This document shows positions 44,770 to 57,917 of a DNA stretch of 64,000 bases, in pieces. A program made the translations under genes and the position numbers. The notes beneath the pieces were generated by a model that was not told where the DNA came from, did not search any database, and saw only the letters and a program-made list of their open reading frames with translations. The first letter of the stretch is position 1, and the number at the start of each line of letters is the position of its first letter. Origin of the DNA: Azolla caroliniana (lineage: Eukaryota; Plantae; Polypodiophyta); NCBI GenBank assembly GCA_043228905.1, contig JBHGNT010000004.1:12648001-12712000 (forward strand), in the 5' to 3' direction.

Positions 44770-47700
44770 TGTTAGGAAACAGGTCCCTCCGGATGGGAAG
44801 TGAGAAGAACAGTGTTGATGAGCAACGGATGTGGAGTACCCGGCAACGGAAGACCCGGTGAGAACCGGATGACGAGTACCCGACAAGGAAGACCCAGTGA
44901 GAACCGGATGACGAGTACCCGGCAAGGAAGACCCGGTGAGAACTAGATGTTGCAAGCCCGACATCGGAAGACCCGGTGAGAACCGAATGATGCAGGCCCG
45001 GTGAGAACCTCTCATCGGATGAAGGGACATATATGTAAATATGTTCCAGAGAGCCCACTGGGGCTATATTTTGTAAATAGCCGAAAGTCATATTAGTATA
45101 AATATGGCCTAGGGCAAACTCAGTAGTGATGGTGTGTGTAATTTTGGTGTAACGACTGTAGAGAGAGAGAGACAGAGAGAGAGACAGAGAGAGCGATACA
45201 GAACATGTCTCTGTTGTAACCGCCGCCAGGCGAAGATCGTGAGCAGGAGGTCGTTGCCTCTATGCTCCCTGTTGTAATTGTTGGCATAGTGATAGTTTGG
45301 CGTCTGTGGACTCCCATGGTTTTTCCCTCTCAGGGTTTTCCACGTTAACATCCTGTGTATTCTCTTTTCTGTTCGGGTACTTATTTCCATTCCCATTTCT
45401 TCTGTGTTTGATTGTTATCAAGTGATCTACACTTCGGTTGTGACCGGAGATTATTCCGCGTATTTCTTGACAAGTGGTATCAGAGCGAAACGACACAGGA
45501 AAATGGACGATTTGTTGGGAGGCATGTTCAAGCTCACTGACTCCAATTACTCAGTGTGGAAGTCGAAGATGAGGGACATGCTCATGGTTAAAGATCTTTG
45601 GCTGCCGGTTCAATTCGGGGACAAGAGACCGGACAAAATCGATGCCATGATATGGGAGGTGATGCACATGAAGACAACGGCGTACATACGGTGCTTCATC
45701 GACATGAGTCTATACAACAACTTCAATGAAGAGAGGAGGGCTCATGAGCTCTGGGAGAAGATCGGCATTATGTTTCAGAACAAAAAGGTTGTTAATTAGG
45801 TTTCGGTATTTCGGATGCTAGTAAGACTCCGGTACCAAGATGGCTCCCGCATGGCGGAGCACATGAATGCCTCCAAGGGCTGATCCACCAGGCAACATCA
45901 TTGGAAGTACCTCTCGCCGATGAGGTACTAGCACTACTCTTGCTCGGTTCCCTCCCAGATAGCTGGGAGATGTTGGTTGTCACTTTGGGCAACGTTGGGC
46001 TGGAAGGGAAACGGTTATCCCTAGCAAGGGTGAAGTCGAGCTTGCTAGATGAGGAGGCGCGTCAGAAAGACAAGGATACGAGCTCCGACTCCAAAGCGCT
46101 CCTTACCGAATCGGAACGCGGAAAACAAAGGAGCCATATTCCCCAGAACCGGGAAAAGTCGGGGACACGGTCAAAGTCAAGGGGGAGGCCTACCTGCTTC
46201 TATTGCGGCAAGTTGGGACACTTGTAGAAGAACTGTCGGCACTTCCGAAAAGACAAGGAAACCAACGGTACCGATTCGAAGCGGACGCTGGACCGGAATG
46301 AAATGGTAAAGACCGGAGGGGAACGGACCGGAAGGGAACGACGGCAATCGCGGCAAGTGAAGAAGAGTTGATGCTCATCACCGAGGAGAGTGAGTTGAAC
46401 CTTGCCGGCGACGAGACAATGTGGGTTGTTGATTCTGGAGAGTCGTTCCACCTTACCCCGGACCGTAAATACTTCTCATCCTACACAGTCGGTGATCACG
46501 GTTGTGTCCGGATGGGGAATGAAGGTACATGCTGAATTGTCGGCATAGGAGACGTGTGGTTGACAACAACAACAACCGGATGCAAGCTGCTGCTGAAGGA
46601 TGTCCGACACGTTCGAGAGGTTCGACTGAACCTGATATCCCGATCGGCTAGATGATGAAGGCTACACGGGTAGCATCCGGAATGGAGTCATTAAATTCAG
46701 CAAAGGGAGCCTAATAGTGGGTCGGGCCCGGAAGGTCAACACGCTGTACCTGATGAATGCCCGATTATGCCTGGAAGAAGTGAACGTGGCTTCCGACACT
46801 ACCGGTGAGCTGTGGCACAAGCGATTGTGTCACATGAGCGTGAAGGGGATGAAGAGGCTTGCCGATGACAACCTCATTCTGGTGAAGAACGTGCATCTTG
46901 AGAGGTGCACCGACTGCCTAGCCGGTAAGCAAAACCGGACCTCCTTTCGATCAAGGCCACCGATGAGACATAATGCACCACTGGAGTTGGTGCATACTGA
47001 TGTGTGTCAAGTGGACACGAAGTCACATGCCGGATCACAGTACTTTGTGAAGTTCATAGATGACCACAACCGGAAGCTGTGGGCCACACCATTGAAGACG
47101 AAGGATCAGGTGTTATCCGTCTTCAAAGAGCTCCATGCGAGAGTGGAAAGAGAAACCGGCTGGAAGCTGAAGGCGGTTCGAGCAGATAACGGAGGAGAAT
47201 ACCGGAGGTAGTTCGAGGAGTACTGCCGCTCGAAGGGAATCCGGCTCGAATTTACCGTGTCGAAGACGCCAGAACTAAACGGGCTGGCCAAGAGGATGAA
47301 CCGAACCATAATGGAGAGGGTTCGGAGTATGCTGGTGCATGCAAAATTACCCAAGATGTTTTGGGCTGAGGCACTGTCAACGGCAACATACGTGATAAAC
47401 AGATCACCCTCAGTACCCTTGGGCGGAGACACGCCGCAGAGAGTATGGACCGGTAAGGAAGTGTCCTACTGGCATCTGAAGGTGTTCGGGTGTCTCGCGT
47501 ACGTGCATGTAGCTAAGGACCGGAGAGGAAAGTTGGATCCAAAGACCCGGCCATGCATATTCCTCAAATTACGGAGACGATGAGTTCGGCTACCGAGTGT
47601 GAGACCTGGCCGACAAGAAGGTATTCCGGAGTCGAGATATTATCTTCATGGAGGACAAGACACTCGCCGACTGGGAGTTGGAGAAGAAGACAATGAACTC

Positions 47701-50042
47701 GGAGTGGACCGGTAAGGATCAATTCTACGATGAGCAGACCCAACCGGCAAGAGACCGGTTAACACTTGATGAACCGGCCGGTGATGGTAAGGAGACAAAA
47801 CAGGCTGAAGAAGAAGGAATAGGTGAAACCGGAACCGACCAAGACCCCCAATCGGATTCGGATGAAGAACAAATAGAGGAGCTGGTTGCCGAAAGCCAAA
47901 GACAGAGATATCCTCTCAGAGAGAGAAGGGCCCCCCAGAGATTTCCAGATGCAGAGCATGTGCTGTTGACAGATGAGGGGGAGCCGGAAAGCTTCGAAGA
48001 AGCGAAGGATGACAGCAATAGCCGCAAGTGGTTGAGTGCCATGCAGGATGAGATGGATTCCTTGCATGAGAACCACACGGTTGAATTGGTGGAGTTGCCG
48101 AAAGGAAAGAGGGCACTCCGAAACAAGTGGGTGTACAAGTTGAAACCGGGAGATGCCGGCAACCCCCCGAGATACAAAGCCAGGATCGTGGTGAAGGGGT
48201 TCCAGCAGAAGAAGGGCATGGACTTCAACGAGATATTTGCCCCGGTAGTAAAGATGGCTTCCATCCGGACGGTGCTGAGTATAGCGGCAAGCATGGAGCT
48301 CGAGGTAGAGCAGCTGGACGTGAAGACGACATTCCTTCACGGTGACCTCGAATAGGAGATCTACATGCAGCAACCGGAAGGATTCGTGGAGAAAGGGAAG
48401 GAGCACCTGGTTTGCCGGTTGAAGAAGAGCCTGTACGGACTGAGGCGGGCTCCCCGTCAATGGTACTGGAAGTTCGACTCCTTCATGACTGACCAAGGGT
48501 ATCACAAAACGCAAACCGATCACTGCGTGTTTGTGAAGAAGTTCGAAGGAGGCGACTTCCTGATACTCCTTCTGTACGTGGACGACATGTTGATCGTTAG
48601 ACGAGACCAAGCCAAAATACGGATGCTGAAGAAGGCTCTCAACCGAACTTTCTCAATGAAAGACTTGGGCCCGGCAAGACAGATACTGGGGATGCACATC
48701 ATTCGGGACCGGTCAAAGAAACAGTTGTGGTTGTCACAGGTGAAATACGTGACAAAGGTGCTTCAGCGGATCACCAAGTTAGAAGCAAAACTGGTCGGAT
48801 TGAGACTCCCCGCAAACTGCAGACTATCCGGTAAGCAAAGCCCGAAGACGAAAGCAGAGAAGGTGGATATGGTGAAGGCTCCATATACCTCGGCCGTCGG
48901 GAGCTTGATGTACGCAATGGTGTGTACTCGGCCGGATATTGGATACGTAGTCGGAGTGGTGAGCCGGTTTATGAGCAATCCCGACAAGGAGCACTGGAAC
49001 GCGGTCAAATGGATACTTCGGTACTTGAAGGGCACTTCCAATATGTGTCTCCGATTCGGCTCCGATAAACCTCAACTTGACGGTTTTACCGATTTGGACA
49101 TGTCGGCTGATGTGGATACCAGCCGGTCTACATCTGGGTATGTAATGACATATGCAGGAGGAGCTGTTTCGTGGTAGTCAAGGCTGCAGAAGACGGTTGC
49201 GTTGTCAACCATGGAAGCGGAGTACATGGCGGCTGTGGAAGTCGGCAAGGAAATACTATGGATGAAGGACTTCATCGAAGAGCTAGGGAACCGGCAAGCG
49301 GAATACTGGCTCTATTGCAACAGTTAAAGTGCCATCCACCTTGCTAAGAATGCAGCGTACCATTCCAGGACGAAGCACATCCAGCGTAGGTATCACTGGA
49401 TCCGGGAACGAGTAGAAGATCGAGAGTTCGCGTTGACAAAGATCCACACGGCCGAGAATGGGTCAGATATGCTGACCAAAGTACTAATACTCGACAAGCT
49501 GGATGCATGTCGGAAGCGGATCGGACTAGTAAGACATCCCATGCCGGAGTGAAGGGGGAGTTCTGTTAGGAAACAGGTTCCTCCGGATGGGAAGTGAGAA
49601 GAATAGTGTTGATGAGCAACGGAAGACCCGTTGAGACCCAGATGACGAGTACCTAGCAAGGAAGACCCAGTGAGAACCAGATGTTGCAGGCCCGACATCA
49701 AGCAAACTCAGTAGTGATGGTGTGTGTAATTTTGGTGTAACGATTGTACAAAGAGAGAGATAGAGAGAGCGAGACAGAGCATGTCTTTGTTGTAACCGTC
49801 GCCAGGTGAAGATCGTGAGTAGGAGGCACAGTGGGAGGTTGTTGTAATTGTTGGCATAGTGATAATTTGGAGTCTGTGGACTCCCGTGGTTTTTCCCTCT
49901 CAGGGTTTTCCACGTTAACATCCTGTGTATTCTCTTTTCTGTTCGGGTACTTACCTCCATTCCCATTTCTTCTGTGTTTGATTGTTATCAAGTGATCTAC
50001 GCTTCGGTTGTGATTGGAGATTATTCTGTGTATTTCCCGACA
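44770..50042 (+). mobile_element. Copia-C: full-length, decayed Ty1/copia (Tnt1/Tork-like)
   Basis: LTRs 44770-45472 and 49564-50042 (the 3' copy is internally deleted). TSD TGATT. PBS TGGTATCAGAGC 45475-45486. PPT GAAGGGGGAG. Confidence 0.96.
45503..49560 (+). pseudogene. pol: Copia-C gag-pol with stops and frameshifts
   Basis: CFYCGKLGH, WVVDSGESFH, LWHKRLCH, ADNGGEY, QLDVKTTFLHG, YVDDML, TKHIQRRYHW motifs. Confidence 0.93.
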
Positions 50043-50047
50043 TGATT

Positions 50048-53000
50048 GTCAAATATATAAGGGTTCTGACAATTTGTCAGAACCATTTCGCATCGCAGGC
50101 CGGTCCGAAGTTGGGACGGAGCTTCTGGTTCCGGTCCAGGGATGTAGAAATAGGTCAGCATTCTGTCATGCCGAACTTGTACAACATATTCAACACATAG
50201 TTTCTCTTTGAGAGCAATATGCCGTCGGGGGTTTGGATCACCTCGATCCCAAGGAAATAGTGAAGGTCCCCCAGATCCTTCATCTCAAATGCGTTCAACA
50301 ACTGGGACTTGACTCGGCTGATTTCATCGAGTCTGGGTCCGGTGATGACTAGATCATCAACATACAATAAGAGCCAAACCGGACCGTCCGGACCTCACCG
50401 GATAAACAACCAAGAGTCAGACTTGGAGGCCGCAAACCCCATCTTACGCAACCGGTGCATGATCTTCGCATTCCAAGATCATGGGGCTTGCTTGAGGCCA
50501 TAAAGCAACTTCTTCAGCCGGCATACCACCGATTTGTTCATCTCCATCTGGAAACCAGGAGGTTGGGTCATAAAGACCTCTCTTCAAGATCGCCTTGACG
50601 AAATGCATTCTTCACGTGCATCTGGTGAAGATGCCACTCGCTTGCCGCAGAAACCGCCAACACCACACGAACCTTCGTCATCTTCACTACTAGAGTGAAG
50701 GTCTCGTCGTAGTCGATTCCGTGGGTCTGCGCGTATCCCTTCGCCACTAACCGGGCCTTGTACCGGTTAACCAAACCGTTGGCGTTGTATTTAACCTTGT
50801 ACAACCACTTACATCCGATCGGTTTACATTGTCGGGGAGGGTCAACTAGGTCCCATGTGTCGTTGGCATCAAGAGCTCGCATTTCCTCCTCCATAGCGGC
50901 ACACCAATTTGCGTCATTTGCTGCTTCTACGTAGCTATCCGGCTCACGCACTTCCGCCACCTTGGTCATGTACGCATAGTGATGCGCCATGTACTCATTG
51001 TACCCGTACCGCTTTACGGGGTTCTACTGACGGGAAGACCGGCGTAATCTATCGTTACCCAGTTTGAGGCCCTTCTTGGCCGGTTCGGACTTCATTCTCA
51101 AAGATCCACCTTCATCCTTCCCGGACTTGGATTTGCCTTGATCTGACTCAATGTTGCCGGTTTCGTATTCCGGCATCTTCTTCTTCCCCTTCTCTTTGCG
51201 CGTTAACCGTCTCCTCGGTTCCTTGCGTGGGGAGAGCACGACAGAGTCTCCATTACTCGTCGGTTCCTCATCTGATTGGTCATCCCGACTCAGTCGCTCA
51301 TTCGGTCCACTTAACTGAAATGAGATTGGACTCTCTTCTAGAGTGCCAAGGTCTTCATCTTCTATATGGACCAGTTCAAGCTCATTAGCCTCATCCTCCG
51401 GTATCGGGTCGGGGTCGGAAGTCGGAGCCGGTAAGGCATACCATGATGCCGTCTCATCAAACTCAACATCTCGGCTAACTCGGACTTGCTTCGTTCGGGG
51501 GTTATAACACTTATACCCCTTTTGTTCATGCGAGTAACCGACCATGATGCATTTCTTCGACTATGCATCCAACTTCCTCCGCTTCTCATCCGGCACATGC
51601 ACATATGCAATGCTACCGAATATCCGAAGGTGTCTCAGGTTCGGCTTACGCCCGAAATACAACTCATGCGCGAACACCTTGTCACCGATCTCGTTTTGGA
51701 TGTAGATGGCCGTCCAGACCGCCTCCGCCCAGTAGAAATGGGGCATGCTTTTCTCCTCCAGCATTGCCCTTGCCGAAATGACAATCGACCAGTTCTTCCT
51801 TTCGGCCACACCGTTTTGCTCCGGTGTGTATCTGTAGCTGAACTCTCTCTGAATTCCTTTTTGTTGCAGATAACTATTGAATTGGCCGGGAAAATATTCT
51901 TTTCTGCCATCCGACCGTAGGCACTTGATCTTCCTCTCCGTTTCCCGTTCAACCAGGTTTTGCAGGTTCCAGAAACACTCGAACACTTCGCTCTTCCACT
52001 CAATGAGGTAGATCCATGTGTGCCGGCTGTAGTCGTCGATGAAGGAGACGAAATACCGCTCCCCATACATCCAAACAAATAAGGACGAGCTTGTTATGGC
52101 TATGGTTTCGTTCGGTGGGGAATGGAAGCCGGTATTGCTTCCCTAGCTGGCAGGCTTCACATATTTGGGCCTTCCGGCCACTAAACTTCGGCAAACCGAA
52201 AACAACTTGTTTCATTCGCAGGTCTTGAAGTCTCTAGTTATTGACGTGGTCGATCCACTTGTGCTAGAGATGAATATCCGATTCAATCTTCTGTCCTTTG
52301 GCGAACAAAGTGGTGCTGATGTCATTGGTGTCGAGGATGAACATCCTCCCATCTTTGCGCCCTTGCGCAATGATTTGGCCCTCTTCCTGGATGAAGCACC
52401 CGAGGTGTGTAAACCGCACCTGCATTCCCTGGTCGTCAATCTGTCCAACCGAATCCAGGTTCTTCGTGATGGTCGGAACGTGTAATACGTTCATCAGCTT
52501 CCCCATCTGTCCGACGTGGCTCAAAGGGATTTCTCCGATATGCACGATAGGGTGTGGAGTGTCGACTCTGGTTTCGACAACTCATGGTTGTTCCGGTTTC
52601 TCCAAGAAGGAGAACCACTCTCTGTGGCTCGTCATGTGATTTGATTTACCGGAATCAACGTACCACACTTCCTCTGATTTGGAAGTGGTCTTCTTCATCG
52701 AGTTAGCCTTGTGTTTGATCACTAAGGCTGGCCCTTTACCGGCTTTTCCGATTTTGGATCCTCCCGATCCTTCTGCGTAGTGCAAATTTTGCCGGTTCTC
52801 TCTGTCGGCCTTGCCAGATCCGGATTTGTTCAAATTGGTGCGCTTCTTCCAGCACTCGCTTTTTCTGTGGCCCTTTTCACCACAATACCAACATTCCGTG
52901 TCGGCCTTTGCTTGCCGGCCTCCTGCGCCGCCTTGACTCCCCCTGCTTGTGGAGGGTATGGAACTGTTGTCGGCACGCTCTCTGTGCCTTCGGTCCTGCT

Positions 53001-53680
53001 CTTGCCGGCCACTACCATTGCAAGCCGACCCGCCTCGTCCACCACACCCACGGAGCCAATCCGCCTCTGTGTACAACAACCGGCTGTCGGTGTGTGCACC
53101 TTTTGACACACCGGTGTGGTTCTCCTCTACAAGGAGCATCGACTGTAAGTCGAAAAACGATGGTGTACTCTCCCGTGTACACACAGCAGTTCGGAATGCT
53201 CCGAACTTCGACGCCAATCCTCTGAGACAGATCTACACCATCTCGCCTTCCTTGACGTTCACATCGATAGAGTCTAAGGAATCGTATATCTCTCTGATCT
53301 TCGAGGTGTAATCAGCCACTGACAAGTCATGTTATCGTAAGTTGCTCAGCTCCTGTCGGAGTTGAAGCTTCCTGGTTGTGGTGCTTGCGATGAAAATCTT
53401 CTTCAGATTTCCCCAAGCATCCTTTGGGGTTTTTGCATCCTGAATATAGCTTAGCAGTTGTTCGCCCACACAAGATGCAAAGTAGTACAATACTCTGCTC
53501 GCCGACTGTTCCCACATCGGGAAATCTGTGTGTCGATTCGGGTGCTGTGTCATTTGCTCCGTCAACATAGCTCCAGTAACTGTGCCCGAGCAAGTACTGG
53601 TGCATCTTGTAGGACCAAGGCGCGTAGTTGTTTCTATCTAGCTTCTTTGTTGGAAGCGAGCTAGCCATGCCTGTATCCAT
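50048..53680 (-). pseudogene. pol: Copia-B3 gag-PR-IN-RT
   Basis: KLDRNNYAPW, CWYCGEKGH, WYVDSG, LRSDG, PEQNGVAERKN, YVDDLV motifs. Confidence 0.93.
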
Positions 53681-54580
53681 TTTGTTTTTCCTCTTCTTTA
53701 CGATGGTTAGGTTTTCTTCTTGAACTAAGGTCGGCTACAGAGGTTCTCAACCCTCACGCTCTGATACCATGTAAAAGAATACGTTGTGCGGGAGCAATAG
53801 AAAACTGAAAACACAAAAACACAGGTTTAATGGAGAGCTTGAATATACACAATACGTGGGAGAGACAGAGAGAGTGAGAGAGCAGAACATAAGACACTAT
53901 TCAAAATAAGTCTAAAACTGTGTAATACTCTGTACATCATATGTGTTCAGTGAACACTTTTATACAAGTCCATACAGACTGATAGAAGTATGGTGTACTT
54001 CAATGCTCACACGAGCATTTGACACTGACTACAAGACCTTAACTACCTAGTAGTCTAGTTGCTAATTGGCTTCCGGTTACTGCTTGATCTAGCTAACCGG
54101 CTCAATTGCTCACCGGCTCACCGATCGAGCTCATCCTTCCGGATGTCGATCCGGCTCAGTCTTATTCAGACGATCTGGATCGGGTTGAGCTTGCCGCTCA
54201 ACAATATTCCCAACAAACTTCCCCTTCACTCATGTGGGAGGGAATCAGTCAATCCTGTCTTTTGTCGACAGACACTAAGTCTATCCATAGGTAGGTTCTT
54301 CGTAAGCATGTCGGATCCATTGTCTTCAGTATGGATCTTCACAAGAGAAAACTCTCCTTCTTCAACTCTCTCCCGCAACTAGTGATACCTTCTCTGTATG
54401 TGCTTGGTCCGGGAGTGGTATGCAACATTGTTGGCAAGGTGTATGGTGCTTTGGCTATCATAGTGAACCCGGAACTCCTTTTTCTTCATCCCTAATTCGT
54501 TTAGAAAATTTCTCATCCAAATTAGCTCTTTGTCGGCCTCTAACGCTACCATATTGTGGTGTGCATGTGTTCCTTTGTGC

Positions 54581-54745
54581 CACCCTTTTAGCTCACCCTT
54601 TTTAGATGCACGTACCCAAGTTGACCCACCCTTTTAGCACACCCTTTGTAGGATGCGTGTGCCCAAAATGACTCACCCTTTTAGCACACCCTTTTTAGGA
54701 TGCGTGTGCCCAAAATGACCCACCCTTTTAGCACACCCTTTTTAG
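54581..54745. repeat. About 47-bp tandem repeat (about 3.5 copies) of unknown origin
   Basis: CACCCTTTTAGCACACCCTTTTTAGGATGCGTGTGCCCAAAATGACC units start at 54581, 54627, 54674 and 54721. Confidence 0.85.
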
Positions 54746-56733
54746 CCAAGCCAACCCAAATGGGTTCCGTTGTATCAACTATAAATTGATTAAGAAGTAA
54801 GAAGCTAAGTAGACTGGTTTTGATCTCTTATGTGCATTTCACAATATACTTGTTGGGAAATCGTTGCGGAATTAATCACAATAATCAGACAAACTACGCG
54901 CTGAATACAAATCACAAGAATGCACCAGAAAGACAAGTTAAACGGATGGTGCACAGAGATTTACGTGGAAAACCACGGGTGAACAGATTCTTCACTATAA
55001 GAATAGTGGATATACAATATAGAGATGATACAACACTCTCTCACGAGTGCTTCAGCCGCACAGGGCTCTTTGCGTCTGTTGTCACTTGTCATGATATGGC
55101 AAGACTCGAACCCATGACCTTATGCTACATGGGTCGAGCTCTTGACCATTAGACTATATATTGTAATACGTAGAATATTATTTTAATTTATGTTTTATTA
55201 TAGAAAATTGATGTATATTCCAGATTTCTCTGAAACATTCTAGAAACTTCAGGAGTATTCCTTAGAACACTATAAAAGGAGGCACAAGGCATTATTTCGA
55301 ACCAAATCGGTTCAACGCCAGTCTTAAGCCTCCTAGTTACTGTACATTTTCTTCACATAATATATATCTTTTCTTATCATCACTCACTCTCTCTCTCTCG
55401 ATCTCGCTCTCCCTCCCTCTCACTCACTCTTTCCTTCTCTCGAGAGTTCTTCATCTCTCTTAGTACTAATACTTCTTTTAGTAATAATTCCTTCTCAGTC
55501 TTAGTACTATTCCTGACAGTTTGAACCGATTTTTCCTACCTTCTGTCTCTCTCATTTCCTACTAATATCTTATTCATCTTTTCTTTCATCCCATGGCCAC
55601 TGTAAGCGCTGAAGAATATCAATCTGTTTTCTCGGAATTTCAATGCTTGAAAGTGAAGTTCCATGCTTTGGAACAAGAAAACCAACGATTGCTGGGGGAT
55701 CTTCAGCAAATCTCCTTAGAAAAGCAGCAAACGCAACAACAACATGGGGAACTTGTGTTACGCGTGCAACAACTCGAAGCAACCATCGTAGCGATGCAAC
55801 AACAAGGGCCCGGAACACAAGGGATTCATAAAGAACCCAAGATTGGCCTTCCCACGAAGTTCGATGGAACGTGATCGCAGTTTAGAGGGTTCCTTAACCA
55901 TGTACGATTATTTATTCAAATGCATCCTTCCCGATATCCCTCTGATGCATCACGAGTGGGTTTAGTAGGCACTTTGTTCAGTGGCTCAGTGTTGGCATGG
56001 TTCGCTCCACTATTAGAAAAGGAATCTCCGTTACTCAGTAATTTTGAAGAGTTTCTAGGTGAGTTTAAAGCATGTTTCGGAGATACTGACAACATCAGGA
56101 TCGCAATCAACAAAATTCGGCGATTACGCCAAGGTGACCGTCCAGCCTCCGCATGTCATGATATGGCAAGACTCGAACCCATGACCTTAGGTTATATGGG
56201 TCGAGCTCTTGACCATTAGATCATCTATTGTAATTCATAAGATATTACTTACATTTTCATTTTATTATAGGAAAGTAGTCTATATTCCAGATTTTTCTGG
56301 AACATTCTAGAAGCTTCAGGATTACTCCTGAAAACACTATAAAAGAGGGCACTAGGCATTATATTGAACCAAATTGGTTTAACACCAGTCTTAAGCCTTT
56401 TTAGCCACCATTGTATATTCTCTTCATATAATACATTCTTTCTTATCATCACTCTCTCTCTCTCTCAATCTCTCTCTTTCTCTCCGTCTCGCTCACTTCT
56501 TCCTTCTCTCGAAGAAGTTCCACACCTCTCATAGTACTAATCCTTCGTTTAGTACTAATTCCTTCTCTGTCTCAGTACTGTTCCTGACAGTACACCTCTC
56601 ATAGTACTAATACTTCTTTTAGTAATAATTCCTTCTCAGTCTTAGTACTATTCCTGACAGTTTGAACCGATTTTTCCTACCTTCTGTCTCTCTCATTTCC
56701 TACTAATATCTTATTCATCTTTTCTTTCATCCC

Positions 56734-57885
56734 ATGGTCACTGTTAGCGCTGAAGAATATCAATCTGTTTTCTCAGAATTTCAATGCTTGAAAGAGAAGT
56801 TCCATGCTTTGGAACAAGAAAACCAACGATTGCTGGGGGATCTTCAGCAAATCTCCTTAGAAAAGCAGCAAACGCAACAACAACATGGGGAACTTGCGTT
56901 ACGCGTGCAACAACTCGAAGCAACCATCGTAGCGATGCAACAACAAGGGCCCGGAACACAAGGGATTCATAAAGAACCCAAGATTGGTCTTCCCACGAAG
57001 TTCGATGGAACGCGATCGTAGTTTAGAGGGTTCCTTAACCAAGTACGATTAGTTATTCAAATGCATCCTTCCCGATATCCCACCGATGCATCACGAGTGG
57101 GTTTACTAGGCACTTTGTTAAGTGGCTCAGCGTTGTCATGGTTCGCTCCACTATTAGAAAAGGAATCTCCGTTACTCAACAATTTTGAAGAGTTTCTAGG
57201 TGAGTTTAAAGCATGTTTCGGAGATACTGACAACATCAAGACCGCAATCAACAAAATCCGGCGATTACGCCAAGGTGATCGTCCAACCTCCGCATACGCT
57301 GCAGATTTTCGCCTACTCGCCGCCGATATCCCTTGGGATGATCAAGCGTTGATGGAGCAATTCCGTTATGTTTTACGCAATGACGTCAAGGATTTACTCT
57401 TGACCTTCGCCGAAGAGCCAAAGTCCTTAACAGAAGCAATCAGTCGCGCGGTGAGATGTGACAACCGCCTCTTTGAGTGATGTTCGGAACGACAACTACA
57501 GATGCCGAGGGCAAGATCAGAACCCACCTACGCCTAAGTGGTAGCAAGAACTTTTCCGAGGGAGTCATATAATGCGCCTCCAGCGAATACTCCGACTCCG
57601 ATGGAGATTGACAATACACGTCGTCGAGGGCCATTATCTGAAGAAGAAAAGTAGCGACGCCGTACAAATCGACTATGTCTTTACTGCGGTGGACTAGGAC
57701 ATATCGCAATAAATTGCCCCCATAGGCCAAGAAGACAAGTAAACCAAATAGTCGCTAGTTCTAATTGTACAAAACCCGAGCCTATTTCAGTAGGGATATC
57801 TGATAGTCCTCATAGTACTAATATCCCAGATCTAGCAAACAAATTTGATGACTGTAGTCAGTTAGAAGAAGAGTTAAACGACTAA
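56734..57885 (+). pseudogene. gag: T3 gag with premature stops
   Basis: Colinear with T1 gag; ends GAG TTA AAC GAC TAA. Confidence 0.9.
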
Positions 57886-57917
57886 GTCCAACCAAAATAG
57901 GAGCCGTTTGGTTGGAC
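57873..57917 (+). promoter_or_regulatory. Putative -1 ribosomal frameshift signal
   Basis: G_TTA_AAC, 6-nt spacer, then 11-bp stem GTCCAACCAAA/TTTGGTTGGAC; pol lies in the -1 frame. Confidence 0.8.

Larger units (their letters stand above)
35111..54203 (-). mobile_element. Copia-B3: full-length, decayed Ty1/copia hosting G3 and Copia-C
   Basis: LTRs 35111-35585 and 53770-54203. TSD ATATT at 35106-35110 and 54204-54208. PBS TGGTATCAGAGC 53758-53769. PPT 35586-35593. Confidence 0.95.
34573..54550 (-). mobile_element. Copia-D1 3' remnant (3' LTR, PPT, RNase H), split by Copia-B3
   Basis: LTR 34573-35110 resumes at 54209-54215 (CCCAACA); PPT follows; RNase H (TKHIQRRYH) at 54260-54520. Confidence 0.85.

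Noticed and set aside
57061-57480. Domesticated PEG10/RTL1-like host gene
   Set aside because: It is flanked by LTRs and a TSD, present in three copies with premature stops; it is ordinary chromovirus gag.
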